Assembly: GCA_037379345.1 (NCBI GenBank) | Contig: CM074519.1 | Coordinates: forward strand, 11,800,699 to 11,864,698 | DNA length: 64,000 bases | From: Perna viridis | Taxonomy: Eukaryota | Reading direction: 5' to 3' | Shown: in pieces, positions 27,515-40,929 of the stretch | Layout: each line of letters starts with the position of its first letter | Numbering within the stretch: position 1 is the stretch's first letter | Notes under the pieces: generated by a model | Told to the model about the DNA's origin: nothing | The model's input: the letters and a program-made list of their open reading frames with translations, nothing else | Databases searched by the model: none | Position numbers and translations under genes: made by a program

Positions 27515-28887
27515 AAAATACAAATATCAGTTCTGCTTTCTCATGAAAATTGAGTTGTTTGAGCATGTTATTACTGCAAAAATCTGAGTAGTCAAGACTT
27601 GTAGAAATCAGGGGTCAACTGAGGTAAATAATTGTGTCACTGTAAGACTGACAGACAGACTGGAGTTTCAGAGGTTAAGTACGTTAACAGTGGGCAGAGA
27701 TATAAAAAAAAAAATACAAAATTCGATCAGAAATATAACTTGAAATCTTTCCCCTGCAATTTTGACATTTAGCAATCTGTTTGGTCAGGATTTAAGTTTT
27801 GTTGCTTAAAATGGTTGTTAGACAGTTCTTTTTCGAAAAGATTTCATTGTAATTCTATGCTTTGTATAGACTTTTGTATGTAAGTTATTTCATATTGAGT
27901 AACACAAGCTTGGCCAAAAAACTTCTTGAAAATTGCAATAGACATTATAAGCACAGCATTTTATACAGAATCAAGAAAACGACTTTAAACTAAGGAAACC
28001 AATTGAAATTTACCAAATAATTATAACACGTACTTCAAAATATTACTTTGGAACATTTTACTGTTTTCAAAATACATTAAATGTTATGATTTCAACCACT
28101 TAAACATGAAACCAACATCCCAACTTGAAGTTTCCTGACTTTTACTTAAGATTGTTGTTTATGAACTATTTGCCAAAATAAATTACTGTAAAGAATGGAA
28201 TTGAACACTTATTTTATATAACATAAAACCATCCAACGTGTTGGATTACCTTGCAACAGTATAACAATAAATTTAAAGGTGTTATATTGTATGTAATTAC
28301 TTTCCGTTATTGGAAATGATTCAAATTTTCTGACTTGTACCGCCTAAATAAAGAACTGTAGAGAAAACATGATACCAGTTTTTTTTCCCACACGATTAAT
28401 GTGTGGCCAATTATAACAAGACGAGAAGAATTTGTCTAATTTTAGCACCTTCAAAAGAAATGCCCTAGAAGATCATAAGATCGTTTGATAATTGTGTCAA
28501 AATAATTTTCCTGTTCAATAAGTGCCAGAAGTATTTCAAGTACTGTTTAACAAAAATATTTGTATGTAGGAAACATTATACAAGCATGTCTACCAAATGC
28601 AATTATTTATGCATGTTTGACAACAGCAATTGTTCTGAAATTGAAGGGTTTGTAAAAGTCACAAAACCATAGTAGTAATTTGATCTTAGTTTTTTTCAAG
28701 CTCTTTTAAATTTGAAGAGTTTATTGTGTGATAATTCAAATTTGGTTAGCCCTACCACAAAAATGTCTTTTAGCTAAATATTTAGTATCTCTGTAGACAG
28801 ATTCCTCTTAATAGATTTAACCGAATTCCCTTTGCATAGCATCAGTCATTGACATCCTCATCAAAATTATCTTCCTTGACAACTTAC

Positions 28888-28980
28888 CTTTCCGAATCCA
28901 GAGAAGAAATTTTTGACATCTTCTACTGTCGTTGATGCAGACAAACCTCCAACAAATATTTTTTTTGTTCTAGTGACCAT
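28888..28980 (-). CDS. msi: Musashi exon 6 ([31 protein letters not shown]; RRM2 RNP2), 93 nt
   Basis: Acceptor attctttcag|, donor AAG|gtaagt. Diagnostic [14 protein letters not shown]; lies within ORF 28867..29058. Confidence 0.98.
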
Positions 28981-30181
28981 CTGAAAGAATACAAAAAAAA
29001 TACCATTAGCACGTAGTACATGAAATCTAGGTTCAAGAATAGTTTTTAAAATGTTCAAACAGACATTGTAAAAATGTTATCTGAAATGCAAACAGTGTAT
29101 CTGTATGACCTTTTAGACATGTCTTCACATTTCTAAATAATATCCTTATGTTGCCATTCCACAGTTTGCCGTACCAATGATGCCATAATGCTTGGTTATG
29201 TATTACACCTTATAAATGCTATTTTCACCCATGTTTACCTTCAAATAAACTAGCTTTCAGATTTTAAGATCAGAGAAATTGATATCCTTTGTACCAAATA
29301 TGCATAAAGACCAACTGCTTTTAACCCAATTATATAATCGGAAGACTAAATAGAACCAATAAATAGCTAGACACTCAACAGCTCAAGAGCTCAGTAGTTA
29401 AGTATCACAAGGAACCAATACTTGACTTCACTAAGTGTCGTCACTACGATAACATCTACCCCTCCCGCACTCCAAAATCTCAGATGCAAGTTGTGATATA
29501 TACACATATGTTTACATCAGTTCTGATTGATAAGACTTGATTTTTTTCCTCCTCCTACTACCATCCTTATAAAATACTGACCACCGCCACATTTTTTAAG
29601 ACACACCCCCCTTTTTTGCAGCATCACAGAACAAATGTGCTTTTGCCAATTATTTTCTACTGAGGAGAAGTAATTCTATGTCATTGTTCATGAGACTATT
29701 ATCCCCAGCTATAAGTTCAAACCACTTATTTATTACGCAATGAAACCCAGTACAACAGTATAACATTTGTCATTTATTGAATGAACATGCAAGTTTATTG
29801 CACACATCTTTACAATAGAATTTGGTGACGATATTGATCTTTTTTTTTTATAAACTAAGACTTCAGAAAAATACAGAAAAACCACAAACACATGTCAATG
29901 AACCATGTTTTGGTTTCTTCAGCATCATACAGTGTCTAATTAAAGGACTGGACAATAATAAGTTGTCAAGAAAAGCAAAAAAAATCACTACTTGTACAAG
30001 TAAAAACAAAATATTTCAAAATTGAAAAGAAGACAGAGGGTTTCAGGGTAAAATAATAGACCCATTTGTGTGTTTTGTTGGGTTTTGTTTCTGAGTAAGC
30101 TCAAGTGATTCTGTACAATAAATGCAACACTTTCCCATAAAATATTGAAGAAAAAATGTTGAATTTACCTCGAGGAAGTAC

Positions 30182-30385
30182 TACTGTGAAAGTACTTCTT
30201 GGGTACCAATTTTCGTGGATCAGAAAAGATAGACAAATTCATGGATTCTTGAATTCGTGGTTTTGAAGTTTTCAGTATACACATCAATGGGAATCTACTT
30301 TGGGTTGGAACCAAATATCATGGTTTGGCCTACCCATGAAAACTACAAAAATTGGTACCCTATGAACAATATTACTTTCACAGCA
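30182..30385. mobile_element. MITE with terminal inverted repeats (Tc1/mariner-like)
   Basis: CTGTGAAAGTA (30184-30194) / TACTTTCACAG (30373-30383); sub-terminal GGGTACCAATTTT / AAAATTGGTACCC; TA on the left flank. Confidence 0.75.
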
Positions 30386-32819
30386 ACTGGGCATGCCTGG
30401 AAATCAGCATGAAAGGGTTATGGTTGTTTCTGAATAATCAAGTGCTCTATCAGAGTTGTTTGACAATATTCAATTAAATTTTGAAAATCTATGGACAAAC
30501 AAAATTAAACCCTGAATCATTTAAACAGTTAAGGAATGTATATTTATCAATATGCATATTCATACAAGTCATCATAACTTCATACTTCAGCAGTGTAGAA
30601 GGCCTTGTTAGCAATGCTGCTACAACTTCTTAAAAGCTAGAGCACTATGCTTAGCATTCAGAATAAAATGTCATTGACATTTTCTAATCACTTATTTCCT
30701 GCGGAATCCCAAATACGACTCTGAATTCTTGTCAATTTCTTCCAATAAATGTCAACAATGGAAAGAAATCTGCCGAGAATTCATAAATTCCGAAGCGATA
30801 ACTACCACCTCGATCAATGATCCTGTAATGTTAACACAAAACATTGTTAATCGTTGGTTGATTACGATTCATCTTGTAGTAATCAGTTGTTATTCTTGTG
30901 CACTTTGGTATTATGTCATACCAATGCTAATTACGACTGAATCAAAATGACGTAAATATTTCTACGATGACAAATGAGTTACCACCTAGAAACTGCTAAG
31001 ATTTCTTTGCACATCTCAGTGAGCTAAGAACATGTGCATATTGTCAAGTTTATGGTTACAAAATTGTATGTTATGCCCCAAGAATCACAAGAAGAATTCC
31101 ATTGACAAACACAAGGATTTCAATTTTCTATAAGCTACAGTTACATGAATTCAGATTTGTTAATGTACTTAACAGTAATATTAAAATACAGCTTAATCCC
31201 ATCAAAGCAACTGTTTTTAATGCATTGCAAGGGTGCTAATTCAGCACCATAAGCATAAATTCACAATTTGAGTAGAACAGAAATGCAGATGTATTTTGAA
31301 AGTTCAGAACATGGAAACCATAAGTTGATTGCAATTTTTTTCTCAGAAATCAAAAGGAAACAGATAATGACTGTTATTTCCTTAAAAAAGTTTCTTGCAA
31401 AAAATCTTCTAAAGTACAAGTTACTTGAAGGTGACATTGTCATATAACTTCATACAGGGGTATATATATACAGGACTACAACACTGTCTATTTTTTGACC
31501 TTCATCAACCAGGATCAACTGACCTGAACTAACTGGTACTGATCAGAAAGACACCTTGACTAACAAGCCTTGTCAATTTCTAATTACAGGTCATAGGTCA
31601 CCTAGGATAATAGATTAAATCAATCATAATAGTTGTCAATTTCGTACAGGTAACACACACATATATATAAGGGTCTTTATCTTTATTACCTGTACAAATT
31701 GATCAAATAAGATGACTCACATTTCTATTCATTTTGTGGTTAGATTTTGTGGGAATAAGGTTAAAATTGGGTTTTTAAAATGCAGGACAGAAAAAAGGGG
31801 GGAATATCTATAGGATTGAATTTCACATGTATTACCCTGAACTTTTAACCACAAAATGGTTCATACCAGATACTAGATCCTTAATTCCTAGAATTATAAA
31901 ATTAGAGTTAAACATTTAAATTCTTTATTTCTATTAAACCACCAAAAAAATTGTATCAATGACTTGATTATGGATTGGATTATTGTTCTGTAATTTAGTT
32001 GTTGCCATTATTTATTACGTATTATCAACAGACAGCAAACGAAAATTATTTTTCTGTCTCTGATGACCAAACTTTAAATTTAAAACCAAAAGTTCTCATT
32101 TGGAAATCCAGTATCTCACATTTTCATCAGTTTTTATATTGATACTGCTAAGTTATTATATTTTCCATGCTTGGCATACTTTTAATCACATTTTTCAATC
32201 AAGTATTTTCAAATTGCCTTATACAACAAGCAATAGTCCCCCAAGATATTAAAGATACAAATAAAATTTGTACTTTCACCAATCTTTATGTAGACTAAAT
32301 ATTTACCTACAATAAAAATAGAAAGTGTGAATGTCTATAAATTTATAAGGAGGTAAAAAGAGGGGGGATTTTTTTTGTCACACCCAGCAATGAAGTGCAG
32401 CTCATTCAATAAAAACAAGTATTGTTACGTAAAATAAAATGATGTTGATTTTCACCCTCATCACATTTTTAGGAACCCATTGTAAACTAGTTTAACAAGG
32501 ATCCTCAAATTTGACACCTCCCACACAGTTACAATGACCTTCTATATCTGTCAAAACATCAACGACCCTTCAAGATTCCTTCTCTGTCCTGTAATACAGC
32601 ATAAAAATACCAATAAAGGATCCATTTCTAGGGAATTGACACCTAGGAATAAACAATGACTGTGATCAAATTTGGAAGTGATTCATTCATTGATATCAAA
32701 TTAACACTTTCAAGTCAAATAAGAACACTTTGTAAAGAATTAGAACCTAGTACTATTTATGGCATCACATTTCTGTGTTACAATATTGGTGATTTTTCAG
32801 ACGTAGTCGTATAGTTTCG

Positions 32820-32893
32820 CTTTTTACCCTTTGATCTTAAAGACACTCCATGGAAACTTTTTACCCTTTGATCTTAAAGACACTCCATGGAAA
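32820..32893. repeat. Perfect 37-bp tandem duplication
   Basis: CTTTTTACCCTTTGATCTTAAAGACACTCCATGGAAA twice. Confidence 0.95.
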
Positions 32894-34684
32894 GGCAAGT
32901 CACCTGTTTGCGATTCCGTTTCCCGATTGCCCAAATACTGATAACTTCATGGTGTTCGAAAGAAAAAAAAACTGCATGGGAAATTGAAATTGCGTGCCAT
33001 GTGTTATTTCCTGAATGAAATGTAGAAAATTTTAAGTAAAAAGAACAAATTTTACTGAACAGGCTATCTTTTCCTGAAGATAGTACTAGTTTTTCTATGT
33101 TATAAAGACAGACATTATCATGAAATTCTAATTTCAACTTAATTTTCTCAAATTCAACAACAAACAAACACCCTTCATGTTGTGTGCAAAACAAATCCTG
33201 ACATTCTAGAAGTAAAAAAACTCTTAAAATGTTAATAAAACGACTTTATTGCTGAATAGCATGAAAAATAAAAAATGAAAAAAAAATGGGCGGTCCACTG
33301 TAATTTATAAAACATCGCTGTTGTAATTCAAATGAATGATTGAAATGAAAATGAAATTATTTATAAAAAGCCCAAATTCTTTGATAACATATCTAGCACA
33401 TTTTTTTACAAAAGCTGAAAGTTCTTTATGCAACCAGATTCATATCTTTCAAAACCAATATTGAAAACATGCTCGAACAGGAAGTTGTGTTATTCTTCTA
33501 AACTTGAACAATGTTAACGGTTATTTAACAGAAAAGCTTATTGTGTTATAAAACTTAAAACATTTCTACAAATTTTTTAAACTTTAAAATTTTAAATACA
33601 AGCTGATTTTTGTTTTAAGTAAACAAACCCATGAAAGGTTGAATCAACAGAAATAGCATGCTTCTAAATGAATGACATTTTTGTACTCAAATTCTAACTC
33701 TTTATCAAAAAGTGTGTAGAAAGATTCCTCTTCAGATTTCTTCTTTCTTTAGAATGACAAATCTCTGTTTGAAATATACACTGACAACAAAGTACAGGAT
33801 TCAAGACTAACTTGTCCATTATACATGTACGCATTGAAATTCACCTTTTGGGGTTTCAAGAAAATCAGTCAAGTAGTGGATAGCAAAGCTAAAGAAAAAA
33901 GTCAGAAATTTAATAGAACTTTAAGATGTAGTTGGCACTACCTTTAAATAATGTTTTTGACCCCTAAAGAGCAGGTAAGGACCTCTGTCCTCAGCATCCT
34001 AGCATAAAATGTGGTAAATATGTGTCTTTGGCCATAAGTGGGAGTCCTGACCTTTGCCTGTTTCCCAGCAATTCATCCATGCCTACACATGTCCATAAAA
34101 TACCAAGTTTTTACAGGCTATAAGATTCATGTCCAATTCATAATTCAGTGTTGTAATTCAGCACTCCACACAAATATGGCAATAACTTGGAAATTCAACA
34201 TCTCAGATTCTCATGTAATTACTGGGATTAATGTCATAGATTTTATTCCAGAAGGAAATTTGTAACCCATTAATGGCTGTTTAAGACTTTTTTATCCTCC
34301 ATAAAATTCATCTGAGAACACAGACTGCAGATCAATATTAAAAGACTTATTAGGTAAAAGCCATACAAATGAATATGGTATTAGAGATGATTAAAGAGTC
34401 TACATTTGGTTCAGCACTATCCAGAAAACCAGTAGTGTTGTAGGTATGTTGTGTACTGCCAATGATTGCATGTCCATTGCATGTATGTTTGGCTCATAGG
34501 TCTCCCTTTATAAGACTTAATTCTTTAATTTTGATCTATTTTTGAAGTACCTTATAGGATCCCCTGAGGGCATGTCAAGCAGTCCTCATTCTTATTATTC
34601 TAAAAAGCCTAACTTAAGTAATCCTGAATGATACCTTGGTTACAATCATGATATACAGTTTAGGAAATTCTTCTGGATCAAATC

Positions 34685-34949
34685 CTGTCAAACCTATCTT
34701 ACTGAACCCCTGTATTTAGCAATAACCTGTATAATGAAAGACAATACATAAAATATCCTATGTACATACTCAATATGTCAGGGCTCTTGTGTCCACTTGT
34801 GTCCCATGAACACAAGAAGCTCTGACATTGTGAGGATGGCCTATGTAGTGCATTCTATGAAGAATTATCCCATAAATACAGACCACCTGTTTTAAGTGAC
34901 CATAATTTTACTCTCCCTCAGAAGGTTAATGGAGACCAGTTTGATTGTA
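34685..34949. mobile_element. Degenerate MITE with imperfect TIRs
   Basis: CTGTCAAACCT ... CCAGTTTGATTGTA; internal GACCACCTGTTTTAAGTGACCA. Confidence 0.4.
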
Positions 34950-37900
34950 CAGGACAAAAAATGAATTTCTCAAAACTCATTATCAAAATATATTCTACAC
35001 ATGTAAAACTAAACAAAATAAAAAAGCTACAAGAATATTAACACAGAATTTGGTAGAAGTTAAACCCTTCCAGAAAACTTAGCATAAAAATACAAATATT
35101 TCTTTTTCAAACATTTCTTCAGTCCAATTATATTTCTGCATGGATTAACCCTATCTAGTTCAACAGTCATTATATGGTCTTGGGACATATACAAACATCT
35201 ATTTATCCTATACCCATTGAAAGAAAAGACCTTGTTTGAATCAAGGTTATTTTCTTCAAATGTCAAGTTTGATCGGTTAAATGTTTAAGTTAGAGATATT
35301 CATTACGTCCTGACAAGTTTACTTTTCTTTTATAAAATGAATGGCCTTTCTATCCCAGTGACAAATCCTTCCGTAAAGAATGCCGTAGTTGTGTTGTCTG
35401 TGTGTCTCTCTGATGGCTGAATGTCAGGCGACAGCATCGGCTCGGCAAGATCAAATCTGCTTAACTTAGAATAACAGAAACTTTGTCTCATAACCCCCAA
35501 ATAAATTCCTTCAGAATATGTCCTCTTATCATATGGTCCAATCTACTCACCAAAAAATTGCTCTTCAAAGAATCATTTATTCTTTCCAAAGGTGGACATT
35601 TTCAAAGATGAAAACATTAAAGAAAAACAATAGCCAATTGTTCACAGATTTTATCACAAGCAAACAAGCAGCAATCAAGACAAATCTTAATTTATCCAAA
35701 ATTCTAATATTCTTAATAACAGTAATTGTTTTCACAGGACATTTTTTTTTGTAGTGATTACCTCAAGTTGACACTGAACTTATGTTCGTGTTTTTGATTT
35801 CTTCAATGTTAATATAGAGATTTAGTAACAGATTGTGCAACATGAAAGTGATATCAACAATATAATGGAAAACAAGTTCAGCATTGTTGTCCCCACAATG
35901 CAACACTTTCAGTCGACTTTGTACACATCAACTTCTATAAAAGTTCCACTCATAGATAAAATGCTTTGATGTATTCTTTCTCAACTGGGTAACACCTATC
36001 TAGTATCTGGTTGTGTCATATTATAGCCATGGACAAGTTTTTGTCACTAACATCAGCATCGTCAATTACATAACCAAGTGTGATGCAATTCACATAATGT
36101 ACATCTAGGATATGACTCATGTATATATACCCAGTTTAAAAGACCTATCAATGCGAGATTACACAGCAAACTTCCACAAAAATTTCCCCAAACATTCTCA
36201 CTGTATCCTAACAATACATTTACCAATGGTCTTTTAACATTGTTGTTTCTACTTGTTTCAGCGATACGCCTGCCAACTTCGCCATTTCCTTTAACGCAAA
36301 AATGCCAAGCCAGAGTTAAATACAGCAGGAATAGAATTTGACGGAAATAGTACTTATACAAATTTCTGTCTTTCTCAGTTATCTAATAATGCCAAACTGT
36401 GAAAAACTTGGAAATAGTTAACAAGACATTTTTTCTCCCAAATTGTCAGTTTTGTCATGACTGATTGATTCAATACTGCTTGTTCACATTTATTTTCTCT
36501 TCAAACAGGATGAAAATTGACCTTAATTCTTTTATAACTCTCTTACAATTCTAGATTGAGTTGTAGTATCCCAAACACTGCAGTGTGGCTGCAAGATATC
36601 CAATTTGTTTATGGAAAGATGTTTATATGGAACCAAATTTGACTTGACAGGTTGTCGATACAGCACAAAAGATTTGGTAAGCGATCTGGAGGAGTTACTC
36701 CCTTATGTGAAAAAGGACCTGTTTTGGCGATAATTGATTTTGGTCATATACCTTGTCATATTTGTTTTCGATCTTTATCAATATTGACAAGCAGGATTAA
36801 AGCCGAGGGTCTTCATGACAGAAAAACAAACAAAAATCTTAATGGACTGAAAAAGGAAAGTGAGCAGAGACATGATGGATCAAAACTTGTTAAGTTCTGA
36901 TCCAACAAGATTCAATTACATGTAAGGAATTCCTATACTCGTACTGTGACACAATTGTGGTTAGAAAAAGATGGGGAGTGTCTCTTCAATTCATTATTAA
37001 AATGACAAAAAAAAACGTTTTTCAATATTAATTATAAATTTCACTTCAATCATCCTTATACAAGTATCTTTTCATGTTCCAAGTTTCAAAACATTTTAAA
37101 AATTACTTAATAAAAAAAAAAAATATCCTTTAATGACTACAGGTCTAAATATAGGTAAACAACTTGGTGAATACCGGTACATTAAGAAATAAACTTTTTT
37201 CACCTGCACGCTTGGTTAAGTTTTATTATCGGAAATGGAATTGCTTCATTTCAGCTTCATCATCAGAAAATTAATCCATAGTTTGTTGCCTGAATAAAGA
37301 TACCGACCACAAAACCACAGTCCTTATTTTGTTATTTTGTCGTATGTTAGGATAAACTTGATATTCAAGATCAAAATCACGTCTGAGAAATTTTCTTCTA
37401 TCACAAGAAAATCGATAAAGATGGATGACCCCAAACAATAATTCTCCCTCTGAAATAAACCAATCCAAGCAACAAAAAAAGATTTCTTTAATGTTCAGCA
37501 GTATTTGAGTTGCAATAATTGACTATTACTTTCATATCAGAATCAGACCAATAAAACACAAGACGGCAGGAGCCACAATCAGGCAGCTCAAAACATCACA
37601 TCAATAAGAATTGTAAGGAGTGGAAACAGTGTAGTGGCTGTTACAGAAGGATCAAATTAAAAAAAGTTTGAATCAAAAATTTGTTCAAGATTTCAAAAAC
37701 TAAGAGACAAAAATCTGTGATTTTTATCCTAAAAAAAAATCATAAGTCAGGATTGAAAACTTCAAACATTTATGTAAAAGAATCCAATAAATCCCCCCCA
37801 GTCTTCCTCAGAGTTCAGAATCCTGTATTGCACTTCTGTCAAATCTTAAGTTTTAATATGCCTGATCAAAACTATTTTTATTTATATACAAATTATTGAT

Positions 37901-38645
37901 TTTTGCTGTTTATTTCTAAAATATACTTGTTCTTAATTCCAATTCAATACAACTGATTCATAAACTGTTATAAGTTTTGATATTCTACAACTAGAGTACA
38001 AGGGTATTTAAATCAATACTATTTTTCATTTTTGAAATTTTATTTATCCAAAATTCATATTTTTGCTATTTTGTCATCTATAATTATTTGAACTTAAATG
38101 TTAATAGTCCCATTTTAAAAATCATCAAATAAATCTGGCCAAAAAATAATTCCCACAATGCAATCACAGTTGTACAGTCTGCTTCTAAATCCTTTTAAAT
38201 GTCAGAGTGTCTTGTGTTTCTTAGATAACATGGAAAAGAGGATTATGAGAATAAATCTTGCCAAAACTGCATTATACTTCCTTAACTTAAAAATGATACA
38301 TGTACATGTATAACATGAGAAATCATTATTATCAGTAAACCGAAATTAACAATCAACTACAAGATGTCAAGTTCCGGGGCACATTCTAAGAATACACTAG
38401 TAGCTGTATGAACTTTAATCTAGAATCATTGTAGAGAGTGCATGTACTTGCGCCTACATATAACTGCCCTACTAATGATCTTTAATTACGTGTATTTGTA
38501 TTAACAAATCAGAAAACTCACATTGATCAAAAGAGAACTTAAATCCATGTCAACTCGACTTGAAGTCGAGGATTTAAAAATTTCAAAAAAAAATAAACTT
38601 TTTTTTCAAAAATGTAATTTCTCAAAGTTTTTAAAATAAACTAAC

Positions 38646-38705
38646 CTTTGGTTGTGCTGGAGTCACAGGCATGGGAGTTGCGATAGCTGTTGTTAAATTC
38701 ATCAT
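38646..38705 (-). CDS. msi: Probable alternative first coding exon of Musashi (MMNLTTAIATPMPVTPAQPK), phase 0, joining exon 6
   Basis: 60 nt from ATG to donor AAG|gttagt, in frame with exon 6. Last 12 nt GCACAACCAAAG vs exon 5 GCACAGCCAAAG (same AQPK, one synonymous difference). In-frame TAG upstream at 38759-38757; Inr-like ATCAGTT at 38846-38840. Confidence 0.7.
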
Positions 38706-40004
38706 GATTAATCTACACTTTTTTAACTTCCAACAAAAAAAATCCACAAAAATATTCTACAAACTACTTAACTGGTACAAAAAATTTTGCCTCTGCTCTC
38801 TCTAAAGCCTACGAGACTAATGTCGGTGGTACAAGCTAGAACTGATCTTGTATTCGATCTCTCCGACAATAGTTGTGTAAACATATGATTTGAGCAAACA
38901 TTTTATAAATACCCCTTGTTATTAACTTATGAATACTGAAGTACTTGTACACGAAAAATAATTATTCCTGTATTTCAATAGGGATGACAACATACGCAAT
39001 AAGGATGACCAAGTTAATGAAGGAATTTTGGTATTATTAGAAAACAAGTAATTACGAGAACGTATGCAATAAAACGCTGTTTAGTATGTTAATTAGGCCA
39101 ATTACAAAAACATTTGATATTAGGGCAAAAGAAAGTCTTTTTTCCATTTCAAATTAAAAAAAAAAGGTTTGTTCCTGAGGTCCTTGCTGTTTGTTTAAAC
39201 AAGGTCATAATTGACTCAATTTTGGAAACTTTTCTTTCAAATTCTCCTAATAAAGTTTCTTTCAAACTTGAATTTAATAAGTTTTAGACATGAATCACGA
39301 AGCCATAGACTCATTGTTAGAGCTTTAAAAAATCGCTGTAAATTGGGAGGACCTTTGTCAACAAGGTCATCTGTGTAATAGAGCGAAGCTGGATAAGGAA
39401 ATTTGGTTTAAATATCACTACCATTTTCATTATACATGACTGTCGACTATATCTGATGACAGAACTGCAGAAGAAGTAGAAGTAGGTATAAACCCTCATT
39501 TTGGAAGTACAATATCAACAAAAAAGTGCAAGTAAATATTTAGCTTTACCAAACAAAATGTGATTTTTTGTAAAGTCTTCAAGGAGGAACATGTAGAATT
39601 TCATTTTAAGTGTGATCTTTTCTCTACAAATCATTGCACTAATTCTTGCGTTTGATTTTGAAGGATTCCATGAGCCATTTAAGACACATGTATACATATC
39701 ATATGTGAATACAAAAGAATTGCAAAAATTGGACCTTATTTTCATCAAACAGAAAGCGTTCTTATCTGTTTTGCGCACTTCAGATGCACTTCTGCACCTA
39801 ATGTGTGAAGAGTTTTGTACACAAATTATAATCTTTTTAAACTTTTCAACCAGGTTTGCAAGTAAAATTTTATTGCAGTTAAAATATACACTGGCCTCAC
39901 TTGAATTTGTGTAGCAGTTACCAAGAGACAGATAGATCTTTGTATAAAAATTTCCGACCTATCATAAAAACATTTTGTTTTATGAGCCCTGTTCTCAATT
40001 TATA

Positions 40005-40018
40005 GTAACCATGGCAAC
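40005..40018. promoter_or_regulatory. RFX X-box in intron 5
   Basis: GTAACCATGGCAAC (reverse GTTGCCATGGTTAC), near-consensus 14-bp X-box about 1.3 kb upstream of the alternative ATG. Confidence 0.55.
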
Positions 40019-40929
40019 AGCTTGCCTGTGAAACAGACGAAAACACTTTCTGGACCAAGATCATGGGAAAACTGACGTCTGCAAGAAATGGATCAAACTT
40101 TTCACAATAGCATCAAAACCTGTGGTAAATTTTCTTTTCATTATGTGTGAAAAAAAGTAAACAATGATCGGAAAAGAAACAAAATAAAGAGACAAAAGCT
40201 TTTAGCTAGCATACCTAAATAAAACTAAGTAAACAAGTTGGACAATATTTACTAAACTTTTTATTTACCACGCTTTTTCATTTCAATCCAAGAGTTTACT
40301 TTCAATATTTGCCCAAATTGTGTAAACATTTATGCTATTTCCTTTCGTTCAACAACCCAGCAGAAAACTATTATTCAACCTGTTTTGTAATAGTTTGGTG
40401 AATTTCTATTAAATTTTTCAGTGAAAAATTCAATAATCTACAAATATATGCTATTCTTATGGCTCTAAAATGCTTTTGCCAACAGCACAAACATTGATTT
40501 TTAAAAATAACATGTTATCATTTGAGTCACTTGAGCACATGAAAGAACTCCTTGCAAAAAAAATTCAATTGGAACACAAATTAAAAAGGACTTTTAACAC
40601 AAACATCCCATTAACTTAAAATGTCATAGTGGTAAAATAGTTCAGTTAAATATTAAATGTTTGATCCAATAATAGCACAATTTTAATTTTTTTAAAGGGA
40701 AATAATCCATACAAATTCAATCTTCTAAAGAAGACAATTCATCATAAAAATGGATTTACACAACACTTCAGCCTACCGACAACTTCAATAAAAATAAACT
40801 TATAAAATAAAAAATTATCTGTAATCAATAATTTTTGTGTAAAAATAAGAGACGCTTTGTGTATTAACGATACTAGAAACTAACTCCTTATTTTGAACTC
40901 AACAGTTAGTACAAGTCAAATATTCTTAA

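Noticed and set aside
32898-32950. Another possible first exon (ATG AAG TTA...AACAG|GTGACT, minus)
   Set aside because: Ends in phase 2, out of frame with exon 6; no other support.
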